From Octopus bimaculoides (lineage: Eukaryota), in assembly GCF_001194135.2 (NCBI RefSeq), contig NC_068987.1:104743254-104786572 (forward strand): 43,319 bases of DNA, given 5' to 3'. Of the stretch, positions 27,433 through 37,639 are shown in pieces. Position numbers and translations under genes: made by a program. The notes beneath the pieces are model-generated. The model was not told the DNA's origin, ran no database searches, and was given only the letters and a program-made list of their open reading frames with translations. The first letter of the stretch is position 1. Every line of letters begins with the position of its first letter.

Positions 27433-27670
27433 GAAAGATTTCCAGACAATGGACATGAGTTAAAATAAGAACAGTAATAAACGAGTGAAGAACGAATATA
27501 TAGTGCGTGTGTTTATTTGGAAAATAAACAAAAACCATCCTGAAATACAACAATATATATATATTGGTCATTATATTTTTTGCCAAATAAACACACGCAC
27601 TACATATTCGTTCTTCATTCGTTTATTACAGTTCTTATTTTAAATCATGTCCATTGTCGGGAAATGTTTC
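27433..27670. repeat. 88-bp foldback repeat (about 6 mismatches) between (TA)n tracts
   Basis: 27433-27520 versus 27583-27670, 62-nt spacer. Confidence 0.9.
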
Positions 27671-27723
27671 TTCATACATACATATATATATATATATAAT
27701 ATGTGACAATTATTCGGTAGCCA

Positions 27724-27786
27724 CGATAAAACTCCGAGTTTCGGATGTCGGGGCGGAAACCCAGGCCGGCATCTCTTCAGTTATCG
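27724..27786 (-). ncRNA. Type I hammerhead ribozyme motif (Penelope-like element type)
   Basis: Minus strand reads CGAUAA-CUGAAGA-GAUG(22 nt)CAUC-C-GAAA-CU-CGG-AG-U-U-UUAUCG. Stem I CGAUAA/UUAUCG is a perfect 6 bp, both conserved core boxes are present, stem III is ACU/AGU and the cleavage triplet is GUU. One extra C precedes GAAA. Confidence 0.75.
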
Positions 27787-28100
27787 GGCCAAAGAAAAAA
27801 ATGCTATGAAAATGACCGTTAAACAAAAGGAAATTACTGGATATTGAAGAGTTGTGGTCCTTTAAAGCCCAGGCTGTTGCAATATCTTGTCCTATATTTT
27901 GATGGCACAGTTGGAATCCTTACATATATTTTTTTTTTCATGATATTTTACCTCACAACATTTTTGATACAAATTTTTCTTGCATGGGACCAAGACTATG
28001 AAATTCCTCATGCTTTCTTCTATCATTGAAGCTAAGATAAATATATTTTACTTTTAAAATGAAAAAGTTATTTAGATCTAAACTTCATTAGAAGCCCGTC

Positions 28101-28136
<36 letters not shown>

Positions 28137-29475
28137 NNNNNNNNNNNNNNNNNNNNNNNNNNNNNNNNNNNNNNNNNNNNNNNNNNNNNNNNNNNNNNNN
28201 NNNNNNNNNNNNNNNNNNNNNNNNNNNNNNNNNNNNNNNNNNNNNNNNNNNNNNNNNNNNNNNNNNNNNNNNNNNNNNNNNNNNNNNNNNNNNNNNNNNN
28301 NNNNNNNNNNNNNNNNNNNNNNNNNNNNNNNNNNNNNNNNNNNNNNNNNNNNNNNNNNNNNNNNNNNNNNNNNNNNNNNNNNNNNNNNNNNNNNNNNNNN
28401 NNNNNNNNNNNNNNNNNNNNNNNNNNNNNNNNNNNNNNNNNNNNNNNNNNNNNNNNNNNNNNNNNNNNNNNNNNNNNNNNNNNNNNNNNNNNNNNNNNNN
28501 NNNNNNNNNNNNNNNNNNNNNNNNNNNNNNNNNNNNNNNNNNNNNNNNNNNNNNNNNNNNNNNNNNNNNNTATATATATATATATATATATACAGCGGGG
28601 TGTATTATTGTTGCAAAATACTTGTTTTATAATAGTACATCTCATAATTTGTGGTTGAATCGAATTCACTCTACAGTTGATATTATTTGAGTCGATCCAC
28701 ACGCATGAGAGACAAACACGATCTCTGTGGAGATTGAATTCAATAACGTAGACAGCCGAAATTAAATATTGTAATCGGACACTCTTTAATCTAGACGTTT
28801 CCCTCTGCTGAAAATTTCCTGATTTTGCGTAAAAGAAAATACAGGAGAATCAGTTAATTATGATTTTATTCAACATATTCCCTTCTCAGACTCTCACATT
28901 TATTGCAGCAGTTCTTCAGTTTTTCTAAGCCCTGTAAAAAGAATTCGGAAGGTTGGACCTCTAACCAGGCCTTTCGCGATATTCTAATAGTTAGGAACTT
29001 TTCAGCACCCCCTCGTATATCAATGACCCAGTTTCTGAGAAATAAACCACAAAAATATTATAATAAAAGTAATAAAAACAACAATTTTTTTTCGGAAAAA
29101 TTAACATTTCTTTATAAAGTTTAAAGCAGACAAAAATATAATAATCTGTGTATATACCCATACAGAACAAACGCATTTTTTATTTATGCATGTATGCGTG
29201 GCTGTTGTCACATAACATTTTTATTACTATGTGTATGTGTGTGCTTGTGTAAAGAAAGAGAAAGGAATTTCTCTTTAAATGTAAAGATTTGTAGGAAAAG
29301 TGTAAAACTTTAAAAGCAACCCATTCTGTCAAGATTTTTAGAAATGACTTTAATTCTCAGAAATGCGGATTTCGTGTAGTTTGCATATAACGTATAGAGG
29401 AAGATGACTGTCTACTAACAAAGATATATACACACACACATGCATACACACACACACACACACACNNNNNNNNNN

Positions 29476-29514
<39 letters not shown>

Positions 29515-29649
29515 CGTTATACAGAACCTAGAAAAATATGAAATTGCATATTTTTCTATAAATATCTCAATAAATAATTTTAAAAATAAATATGAACATT
29601 TATTTTCGTTCGCACATACAAGAATATAATCATATAACATGGAAATGTA

Positions 29650-30550
29650 TGACCAAATTGTCCGTTAATAAATTAATTATAAAAGTTACAAAATGATTTA
29701 AGCTTATAATCTTGGACATAGTAAAAGGAATTTTCACGCGAAGACTCCAAGAAACTGCCAAGCCAAATATCAATTTGGTAGGCGCTATATCTGTTATATT
29801 AGAAACACGTCATTATTACTTGATTTGAGGACAGGAATTTTGATAAAGTTTGTTTGTGGTGAGATATTTTTACCAACGTTGAGGAAGAATACTTTTATTG
29901 GTTAAATAATGTTAATTTATTTTTGTTGTTTTTTCTTTAGTGTAAGAATACTGTTTACTTGATGTGGGTATTTTGGACGATGTTTTTTCTTATTAAAGAT
30001 TCAGTATCGTTGTACGCTTTTGTCAGGTATTTCAGGCAATATCTTCGTATTTTCAAGTACATTTCTAATTATCTTAGCATTACGTTCTTTTTCAATACGT
30101 TCACGCATTGTTCTTCGTTGTAAGTACCTGAGATATTATAAGTACTAGAAATGTCTTCTCGGTAAGTTAATCTACATTTAAACTAACATTTTATCATGTA
30201 TTTCGTAATTTTTGTTTATTTAGTTCGTAATTTCTAGGGGATCATTTAATTTTTCATATAACAGATACATTAACGACTTGTAACAGTCAAAATAAGTTCA
30301 TGTTTAGAGTCATTTTCTTCGTTTTTATTATTTTTCAATATATGTTATTTCTTTACACGCATTTCTTTCTTTTAACATAATTGTTTGATAATGAATTATA
30401 ATACTTTTTCATTTGTTCTAACTATAATCTTCGTTTATTTTACCACAGTAATTTTTGTATTTTTCGCTCCTTAATATATCGATTTTTGTTCGTATTCTCT
30501 TTAAAATTCTTTAATCAAATATGTTTGAAGGGGTTGTGATTTTATGAGCC
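29650..30550 (-). mobile_element. Probable decayed Penelope-like retroelement RT region
   Basis: A-rich coding-like strand with fragments VLENTKILPEIPDKSVQRY*IFNKK (like the ADKG..VI.NK region) and SAYQIDIWLGSFLESSRENSFYYVQD (like S.tY.lakwL..L.pl...s.y.vkD). Similarity judged by eye only. Confidence 0.35.
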
Positions 30551-31219
30551 TTTTTAAGTTACACTTCCTTACAGTTTTTATCTACAATGATATTCTCTAT
30601 TCACATAAAGTCAAATTTGCTGACGAGATTAGTGTGTGAATAGTTTGTGATGTACGTAATATGTTGCATGCAGAAATTACTAGCGTGAATGTCAATGGAC
30701 TTTGGAGTTTATGAGAAGGGATCTAGGGGCATTTTGTGATTTGGAGTTACTGTAAATATACAGGTGTCGTGTTGTCTGACGTTTGAACGTCTGACAAAAT
30801 ATTTTGTCGATGGTTAACTGTAACACCTTGAAATTCCGATTTGACTCTCACCGAATTCAACTTTTCGTTCTTCCAGGATCGATAAAATAAAATTCCAGTT
30901 AAGTACAGGATTAGTTTAGTGACTGACTTGCTGTTATCCAAGCTTATTTAAGCAAGAGACTAAGAATTCAGAACGAATCTTCTTAGCGCTGTGTTTGCTT
31001 TAAAGGCGGAAGAGGATGTAGACTCCAAAGACTACAGTATTCGTGTGAGGAACAACGATGCCCAATATATTTATCTTTGAAACACATAACGATGGGAAAA
31101 TGTCTCTTAAACACTATAATTATCGAGATTATGTGACACGCCGATCACCGTGACCGACGCATGTCAGAAGAAGAAAAATATATATGCGAAAGTTCGTTAT
31201 GTGTTTCTTTAAGTTCAAG

Positions 31220-31314
31220 TCATGGCTTATAAGAGTAGGAAAGATTCAGTCGGTGCATTGGCCCATTAAGCCAGAGAGCCAAGAGGGACCTGTCACTATC
31301 TGCCGGCTCCTTTC
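31220..31314 (-). CDS. Possible next or terminal formin exon (tentative)
   Basis: Strong polypyrimidine acceptor ccttttctttcttttag; phase-1 compatible reading (G)KEPADSDRSLLALWLNGPMHRLNLSYSYKP*. No recognisable homology. Confidence 0.25.
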
Positions 31315-31761
31315 CTAAAAGAAAGAAAAGGAACTTCAGAAACCTCTTGAACTTTGAGAAGACATCTCCACAAATGCAGTGCTCGGAAACGATCTTGTTT
31401 TATCTTGCCAAATTTGTCTCTGATCCCCTAGTTCGGGTATAAGAGCAAAACAACAAAACAATCGACTATGTTTTGTATTTCCTTATAGATTATTCAGCAT
31501 GGTAAGGTAAGGCCCATGACATTTTTTTTACAGAGACTCTAAAACGATTGGAAGGGAAAAGATTGCTAAGTACTTGACGTTTTCAGTAACAGTTATCACT
31601 TTTTTGATCCTAACCATTTTATTATACTTAAGTTCCTACNNNNNNNNNNNNNNNNNNNNNNNNGGGGGGGGGGTGTTCGTTCGTTGTGCAAGAACAACTT
31701 CTCATGGAAGTAGTTAGTTTAAATCTTTCATAAACTTCAACAATAGAAATCGTTATACTTT

Positions 31762-31970
31762 AAGATGGCGAGCTGACAGAACCGTTAGCACGGGGGACAA
31801 ATGCTTAGAAACATTTCTTTCGGTTTTACGTTCTGAGCTCAAATGCGCTGAGATCGACTTTGCCTTTCATCTTATCGGGTTCGATAAAATAAGCACCAGT
31901 TGAGCACTAGAGCTGATATAATCGACTGCCTCCTCCCTTCAACGTCGCTAACCTTGTGCTAAAAAAATTA
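31762..31970 (+). mobile_element. SINE family B
   Basis: aagatggcgagctgacagaaccgttagcac...gttctgagctcaaat...gcctttcatc...gataaaataagcaccagt. Confidence 0.8.
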
Positions 31971-32879
31971 GAAAGAAGTATATAAGTCTTAATAGATTTT
32001 TATAACCTTTAGAAGGTGCGGATTCTATCTGTTTAGGGGATATTGTGTAGGCATCCAACGCATTAGTTAAGAATACTTTTTAAATAACGGCATTTTCCCT
32101 ACCATCTCCCTATAATCAGTGTTGTTTAAAATGCCAGACGATTACTTATTTACGGAACTTTTCACGTTAAAATAATTTTACTCTGCATGTCCTTCATCTT
32201 AACGTAACCTAGAAGGGATTCTCTTCCCTTTGACGGTAAATTCATCAGAAGTAACCACTTGTTCAATTTTACTTTACTCGGATATTGTATGGCATTTTAT
32301 TACGTTGGTGGTAATGCCTAGTCTTGACCAAAGCCGTGCTATGATCAAAGCGGCGTTCCAGCCATGAATAACTCGTCTCGTTTATTTATCTATTTTTTTA
32401 TATAGTATGTCTAGGATATTATCGAATTATAACAAGATGCAAAGAGATGTGATTTATGGGAAATTTGGTAAGCAGGTTAGGCAACCGTATAGAGGTTGTT
32501 TGTGGTATTTTATATTAGAACATTTAAATAAGATACGGCCGATTTCTTTTTAATATGCTTATAACGTTATTAACTTCAGCTGTAAACATATATTGAAAAT
32601 ATACTTAATATTATTTTAAGAATGATAATCCGTATTTGTCTAATGGCGGTAAATTTAAACATCGTTTTTAACATAGGCAAGAGAACCCGTGTTTAGCGGG
32701 AATAGCAGGGGATGGGCGTATCGTCGATAATATCGAAGTCAGTTATTCAACCGTGCATATTTAATCGACCTAGACGAAATTCGAAATCAGCACGTTAAGA
32801 GACACAGCCAAATAAATACCGTAATAAAAACAGCATCAAATATATACTGAACATCAGTTTTAAAATAAAATAATCTATA

Positions 32880-33195
32880 CAGGTACAACACCGAATTTCC
32901 GGACACTGGTGATCCGGAACCTCTAATAATCCGCACTAATTTACTTACAGGAACTGGAAACACCCGTGGTCGCCAGACTAGATTACTGGTGCCTTGCACA
33001 GTACAATATTAATAAACTTGTATAATTTATACGAATGTACAGGTATCTGCATTTTATTTACTTATTTCAGTATATTTAATATTTGTTTGATTTAGAGTGT
33101 GATGACCAAAGTGATTCCCTCCTCCTTGGTTCGGAAAAATCAGTAAAACGGAAAGGCTTTGGAACCAAATGTTCCGGAGATCGATTTCGTACCTG
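32880..33195. mobile_element. pogo/Tigger-like MITE, 316 bp
   Basis: Imperfect TIRs CAGGTACAACACCGAATTTCCGGA versus CAGGTACGAAATCGATCTCCGGA, flanked by TA at 32878-32879 and 33196-33197. Confidence 0.65.
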
Positions 33196-33799
33196 TATCT
33201 GAAACAGAATAGTTTTATCAGATAGAAAAAAATATATAACAATCAGTAAAACACTCAATAAAATATAAAACGAGTTTTACAAAATATAAAGAACAGTTAA
33301 GAATTTGATTGCAGAAAATAACTTCTTGAAAATGTCCATTCAATTTCTCAAGATGTTCTTTTTATTCTTAACAATATCTAAGGCTTTTCTTTCGAATTGG
33401 GTCTTAGATATTGCTATACTGAGTATTTTAAGCGTAGTCCAGCAGTAGCATTAAATAGTTTACTGTATATTTATACCGAAGTGTCAGACTGAAATTCCTT
33501 TTTTCGAAGCATGCAGCTGGCCTTTATTTCTCATTGACAGACGACGTAACACCTTGCCACGACGGATTTCACAGACCAAATTATCCACAATTTTACGATC
33601 TTCTTGTTTGGGAAGGAAGACTAAAATAGAAAACAAAGAAATGTGAAATTACTAAGTTCTCAATAACAGTAAAATGTTGGGAAAGTATTACCTGCTTGTC
33701 ATTTAAAGGATATCTTATTCCACACGTCTTCGAAAGGCAGAAGACGAATCGTACACAAGCTTGACCCACTGTAGCAGAGTAATGTTCGGAGAAATTCAA

Positions 33800-33842
<43 letters not shown>

Positions 33843-33852
33843 CACACACACT

Positions 33853-33998
33853 ACAGGTTCCTTTCAGAGTTCATCTACTAAATCCACTCCCAAGATATTG
33901 GTCAACTTGAGGAAGACACTTACCCAAAGTGTGATACATGGAACTGAATCCGAAAGCGCCTGGTTAGGAAGTGAACTTCTTAACCAGATAGCTATGTC
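33853..33998 (-). mobile_element. SINE family A, 5' part, diverged
   Basis: tttcagagttcatctactaaatccactcccaag...gaagacacttacccaa...actgaatccgaa. Confidence 0.6.
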
Positions 33999-34536
33999 TC
34001 TGTTTATCTTTCCCCTATGTTGAGCATGTTTTGTATGCTTATGTGACATATTGATGATATCATAAATTTCTCTATTTTGCTGGCTTCTGCTGCCTGCTGA
34101 TTTCGCCCAGAAAAAGAATAATTTCTTAGTACTATAGAGACTGACAGTTTTTCTGGGTTTTCTGTGAAGTTGGATGTTCCTTTCCCTGAATGAATGCTCT
34201 TCACATTGTATCAGTAACGGGCATCAAAAAGTCATTTGGTCTTTTTCGAAACTTTGTTATCAAGTCTACTCGTCGATTTCTTTTGTATTGTTCTTTTCGT
34301 CTTGCTTGTCACTACTTATCGGATTCTCTACTAACTTCCGTTGTTTTTGTTTGGCACCTTTCGAATTTCCCTTCATCCGTCGAGATGGCTGAATCACTGG
34401 GGAATCGGAGAAATGCTTTTGTGGTCGATAAAGTGAAGTAGCAAGCAAGGTCCATGGTATCAACTAATTCCATTCCTTCAAAATTGTGACCTTGTACCAA
34501 GATCAGAAGCAAGTTGTTGTTGTTGTTGTTGTTGTT

Positions 34537-34735
34537 AAAGGCGGCGAGCTGGCAGAATCGTGAAAACGCCGGGCAAAACACTTAGCGGCATTTCGTCCGT
34601 CTACACGTTCTGAGTTCAAATTCCGCCGAGATCCACTTTGCCTTTCCTCCTCTCGGGGTCGATAAATTAGGTACCAGTGAAACACTGAGTTTGATATATT
34701 CGACTAGTTCCCTCCCTGAAAATTTCAGCAGTCTT
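34537..34735 (+). mobile_element. SINE family B (a deleted second copy lies at about 34384-34510)
   Basis: aaaggcggcgagctggcagaatcg...gttctgagttcaaattccgccgag. Confidence 0.82.
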
Positions 34736-35077
34736 TCAAATGCTTAGAACCCTCTTGATAATCCTTGCTGCCCCTAACAGACTAACTTTCTGTAGGAGAT
34801 CTAACGGACATTCTATTTCAATCTTTCCCAGCCATTTATCTATATCTTGGCTTACCGTTCCCAACGCACCAATTATTATAGGCATAGCCTTTACTGTTCG
34901 CATGCTCCAAATTCTTCCTATTTCAAATTTTAAGGTTATTTTTTCTTCTTTCTTTACGATCCTGGAATCAAATGGGCATGATGAATCGATGAGTAAGCAG
35001 CTTCTCTTTTCCTTATCTATAATGGTTATGTCTGGTTTATTATTTTCTAATTTCTTGTCTGAATAGGAAAGTCCCAC
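34736..35077 (-). mobile_element. 3' fragment of an REL-endonuclease non-LTR retrotransposon (R4/Dong/NeSL/CRE group)
   Basis: KLENNKPDITIIDKEKRSCLLIDSSCPFD...LKFEIGRIW...PIIIGALGTV...LQKVSLLGAARIIKRVL shows the PD-(D/E)xK core (KPD..ID) and the GALG and LLG-A-I-RRVL C-terminal motifs. Confidence 0.85.
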
Positions 35078-35255
35078 AAAATCTTACATTTCTCTCATTA
35101 AGCTGACAAAATCATTAGCTATTAGCATTTTTTCTGGCTCTCTACGTGCTGAAAATAATTAAGGTTATTTTAGCACACCAGCCATGCCCAGTAACATATC
35201 TACACCCTGTACACCTGCGTCTGTTATACATTCTATATCATTGTAGATACACTAC

Positions 35256-35337
35256 CTTTTCTCCTCTCAGCCAACTGTGATTGATTTTGAAGTCTTTGCT
35301 CCATCTTTTTGGCTTGTTCCAATCTGTTGACATTCTC
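35256..35337 (-). CDS. INF2/FHDC1-type formin, exon F (end of FH2, coiled coil; absent from ORF track)
   Basis: Strong acceptor tttttttttcttctttttatag|GAG, donor G|gtagtg; 82 nt, phase 0/1. ENVNRLEQAKKMEQRLQNQSQLAERRK parallels the EN-x-x-R-x-EQ helix that closes FH2 in INF2/FHDC1. Confidence 0.75.
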
Positions 35338-35433
35338 CTATAAAAAGAAGAAAAAAAAAGCTTCATCATTAAGTATTCGATTTATTTTAGAAACCTCAGA
35401 AATATTTCTTATCAAGAAATACTCCAAAGGTTT

Positions 35434-36076
35434 CACTCTTTTACTCATTTACTTGTTTCAGTCATTTGACTGTGGCCATGCTGGAGCACCGCTTTTAGTC
35501 GAGCAAATCGACCCCAGGACTTATTCTATCGGTTTCTAAAGCCGAACCACTAAGTTACGGGGACGTAAACACACCAGCATCGGTTGTCAAGCGATGTTGG
35601 GGAGGGACAAACACAGACACACAAACATATACACACACACACACATACATTATATATATATATATATATNNNNNNNNNNNNNNNNNNNNNNNNNNNNNNN
35701 NNNNNNNNNNNNNNNNNNNNNNNNNNNNNNNNNNNNNNNNNNNNNNNNNNNNNNNNNNNNNNNNNNNNNNNNNNNNNNNNNNNNNNNNNNNNNNNNNNNN
35801 NNNNNNNNNNNNNNNNNNNNNNNNNNNNNNNNNNNNNNNNNNNNNNNNNNNNNNNNNNNNNNNNNNNNNNNNNNNNNNNNNNNNNNNNNNNATATATATA
35901 TATATATATATACATATACGACGGGCTTCTTTCAGTTTCCGTGTACCAAATCCACTCACAAGGCTTTGGTCGGCCCGAGGCTATAGTAGAAGACACTTGC
36001 CCAAGGTGCCACGCAGTGGGACTGAACCCGGAACCATGTGGTTCGTAAGCAAGCTACTTACCACACAGTCACTCCT
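35434..36076 (-). mobile_element. SINE family A, young copy whose internal (TA)n coincides with an assembly gap
   Basis: Reverse complement matches the 1640-1924 and 2636-3066 copies closely on both sides of gap 35670-35891. Confidence 0.9.
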
Positions 36077-36256
36077 ACGTTTGTCTAACATTAGAAAATA
36101 TTTGGATGACTTTAAAGAAATTTATCTAATATTATATCCAATTTTCTTAATTCTCTGGTCAAGTAAATGAACAGAAAAATGTCATCTAACCAAAGAGTTA
36201 CGTTAATATCATTTATACATGCTATGTTCAAGTAATGGTCAATATTTCATTAGCTT

Positions 36257-36443
36257 AAGGCGGCAATCTGGCAGATCTAGCATTTAGTCCGGCTTTGCGT
36301 TCTGAGTTCAAATTCCACCGCAGTTGACTTTATCTTTCATCCTTTTGGGGTCGATAAAAATAAGCACCAGCTGAGCACTGGGGTCGATATAATCGACTTA
36401 CCCTGTCCCCTGAAATTGCTGGCCTTGTGCCAAAATTTGAATG
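36257..36443 (+). mobile_element. SINE family B
   Basis: aaggcggcaatctggcag...gttctgagttcaaattccaccgcag...ggggtcgataaaataagcaccag. Confidence 0.8.
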
Positions 36444-36740
36444 CAATATTTTGTTAGCTTGCGAGAAAGACTGATCTCAAATCCTCCTATACCTTCAAGA
36501 CAGATGAACGCCACAAGACTGACTAACACAAAACCGATTGGTAAGATCGGTTGCAATGGATATATAATACCGTACACTTCAAATTAATGTGTGTGTGTGT
36601 GTGTGTGTGTATTCAACTGGTGCTTATTTTGTCGACTCCGATAGGATGAAAAATGAAGTCAACCTCGAGTGAATTTGAACTCAAAACTTAAACTCGGACT
36701 AAATATATTCTTTTTATTAAAGCTGCAACATTATCACAGG

Positions 36741-36780
36741 ACTGTTACTCAGAGTTTTACGTTCCCATTCGTCGGACAGT
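36741..36780 (-). ncRNA. Degenerate minimal hammerhead motif in formin intron
   Basis: Minus strand reads ACUGU-CCGACGA-AUG-GGAA-CGU-AAAA-CUC-U-GAG-U-A-ACAGU. All three stems pair but the core has two substitutions (U4C, G12A). Confidence 0.5.
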
Positions 36781-36840
36781 TGTAGTAAATACTGAATTAA
36801 AATCGTGATTTTAATTTTTGATTCAGTATTTACTACAACT
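36778..36840. repeat. 20-bp perfect inverted repeat (63-nt hairpin)
   Basis: AGTTGTAGTAAATACTGAAT (36778-36797) versus ATTCAGTATTTACTACAACT (36821-36840). Confidence 0.9.
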
Positions 36841-36975
36841 CTCCTTTGGTATTCGAGTACTATTTTCTCCACCTTGTTTTGCACTTATGGGCTCACCTTT
36901 GTGTTTTGTGTGCGTGTAATACTTGCGCGTGTGTGTGTACATACATACAAACACACACACACACACACACAATGT

Positions 36976-37132
36976 GCTTCTTTCGGTTTCCATCTACCAA
37001 AGTCAACTCACAAAGCTTTGGTCACACTGGGACACTGGTAGAAAACATTTACCCACAGTGCAACACACTGAGACTGAACCTGAAACCATGTGGTTGCGAA
37101 GAAACCTTCTTTCAGCAGAGTCACGGCCACAC
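36976..37132 (-). mobile_element. SINE family A, 5' part, diverged
   Basis: cttctttcggtttccatctaccaaagtcaactcacaaagctttgg...gactgaacctgaaaccatgtggttg. Confidence 0.65.
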
Positions 37133-37324
37133 CTACAAGCGCATTGCTGAAAATAAACAAAGCACTACACACCTACAGCAAAATATTAAAGTACATTCTT
37201 GGACTGATTTTCTGATAGGTGCAACAAGGTTGCAGTACTTCTACGTATTTTTATGAGAAGCTATCAGAAACTCTGATAAGTACAATCGCCCGAGAAGTAA
37301 AAAAAGAAATGTATTTATAGATAC

Positions 37325-37489
37325 CTGTTGACAGTTTTTGACTTTGACACAAAATTCTCGAAACACCTCAAGAAATTCTGCCAAATTAAATGTTCTCTCA
37401 TTTTCACAGAAGTGTCTTGCAACATACCGCGAACACTTATCCAGACGTTCAATAGATTTTTCCACTTCTTCTAAGTCACATTCAGCATC
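37325..37489 (-). CDS. INF2/FHDC1-type formin, exon E
   Basis: ctgtttggcag|GAT ... CAG|gtatct; 165 nt, phase 0/0. DAECDLEEVEKSIERLDKCSRYVARHFCENERTFNLAEFLEVFREFCVKVKNCQQ carries the FH2 C-terminal F-C-E and FxxFxxF pattern. Confidence 0.9.
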
Positions 37490-37608
37490 CTGCCAAACAG
37501 AAAGAAAAGACAGAAATATAACATTATTACACCTAACTAATTAATATATTAAGAGGGCATGGGTTAATGAAACATTTTTCATAAATTTCAGATTACCAAT
37601 ACATACAT

Positions 37609-37639
<31 letters not shown>

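Noticed and set aside
27409-27445. Hammerhead-like ATGAGGA-GGTCAC..GTGAC-GAAA on +
   Set aside because: C3 is missing and no stem I or stem III pairing can be drawn; not called as a ribozyme, only noted with the foldback family.
29941-30161. Plus-strand segment bounded by a strong acceptor (ttttctttag) and GTAAGT donors at 30120 and 30162
   Set aside because: The only open frame is a hydrophobic antisense shadow of the A-rich minus strand; no homology or partner exons.
34004-34463. ORFs 34266-34463 and 34004-34204 as possible formin terminal exons
   Set aside because: The phase-compatible acceptor lies inside a deleted SINE B copy, all frames hit stops quickly and there is no formin-like motif.
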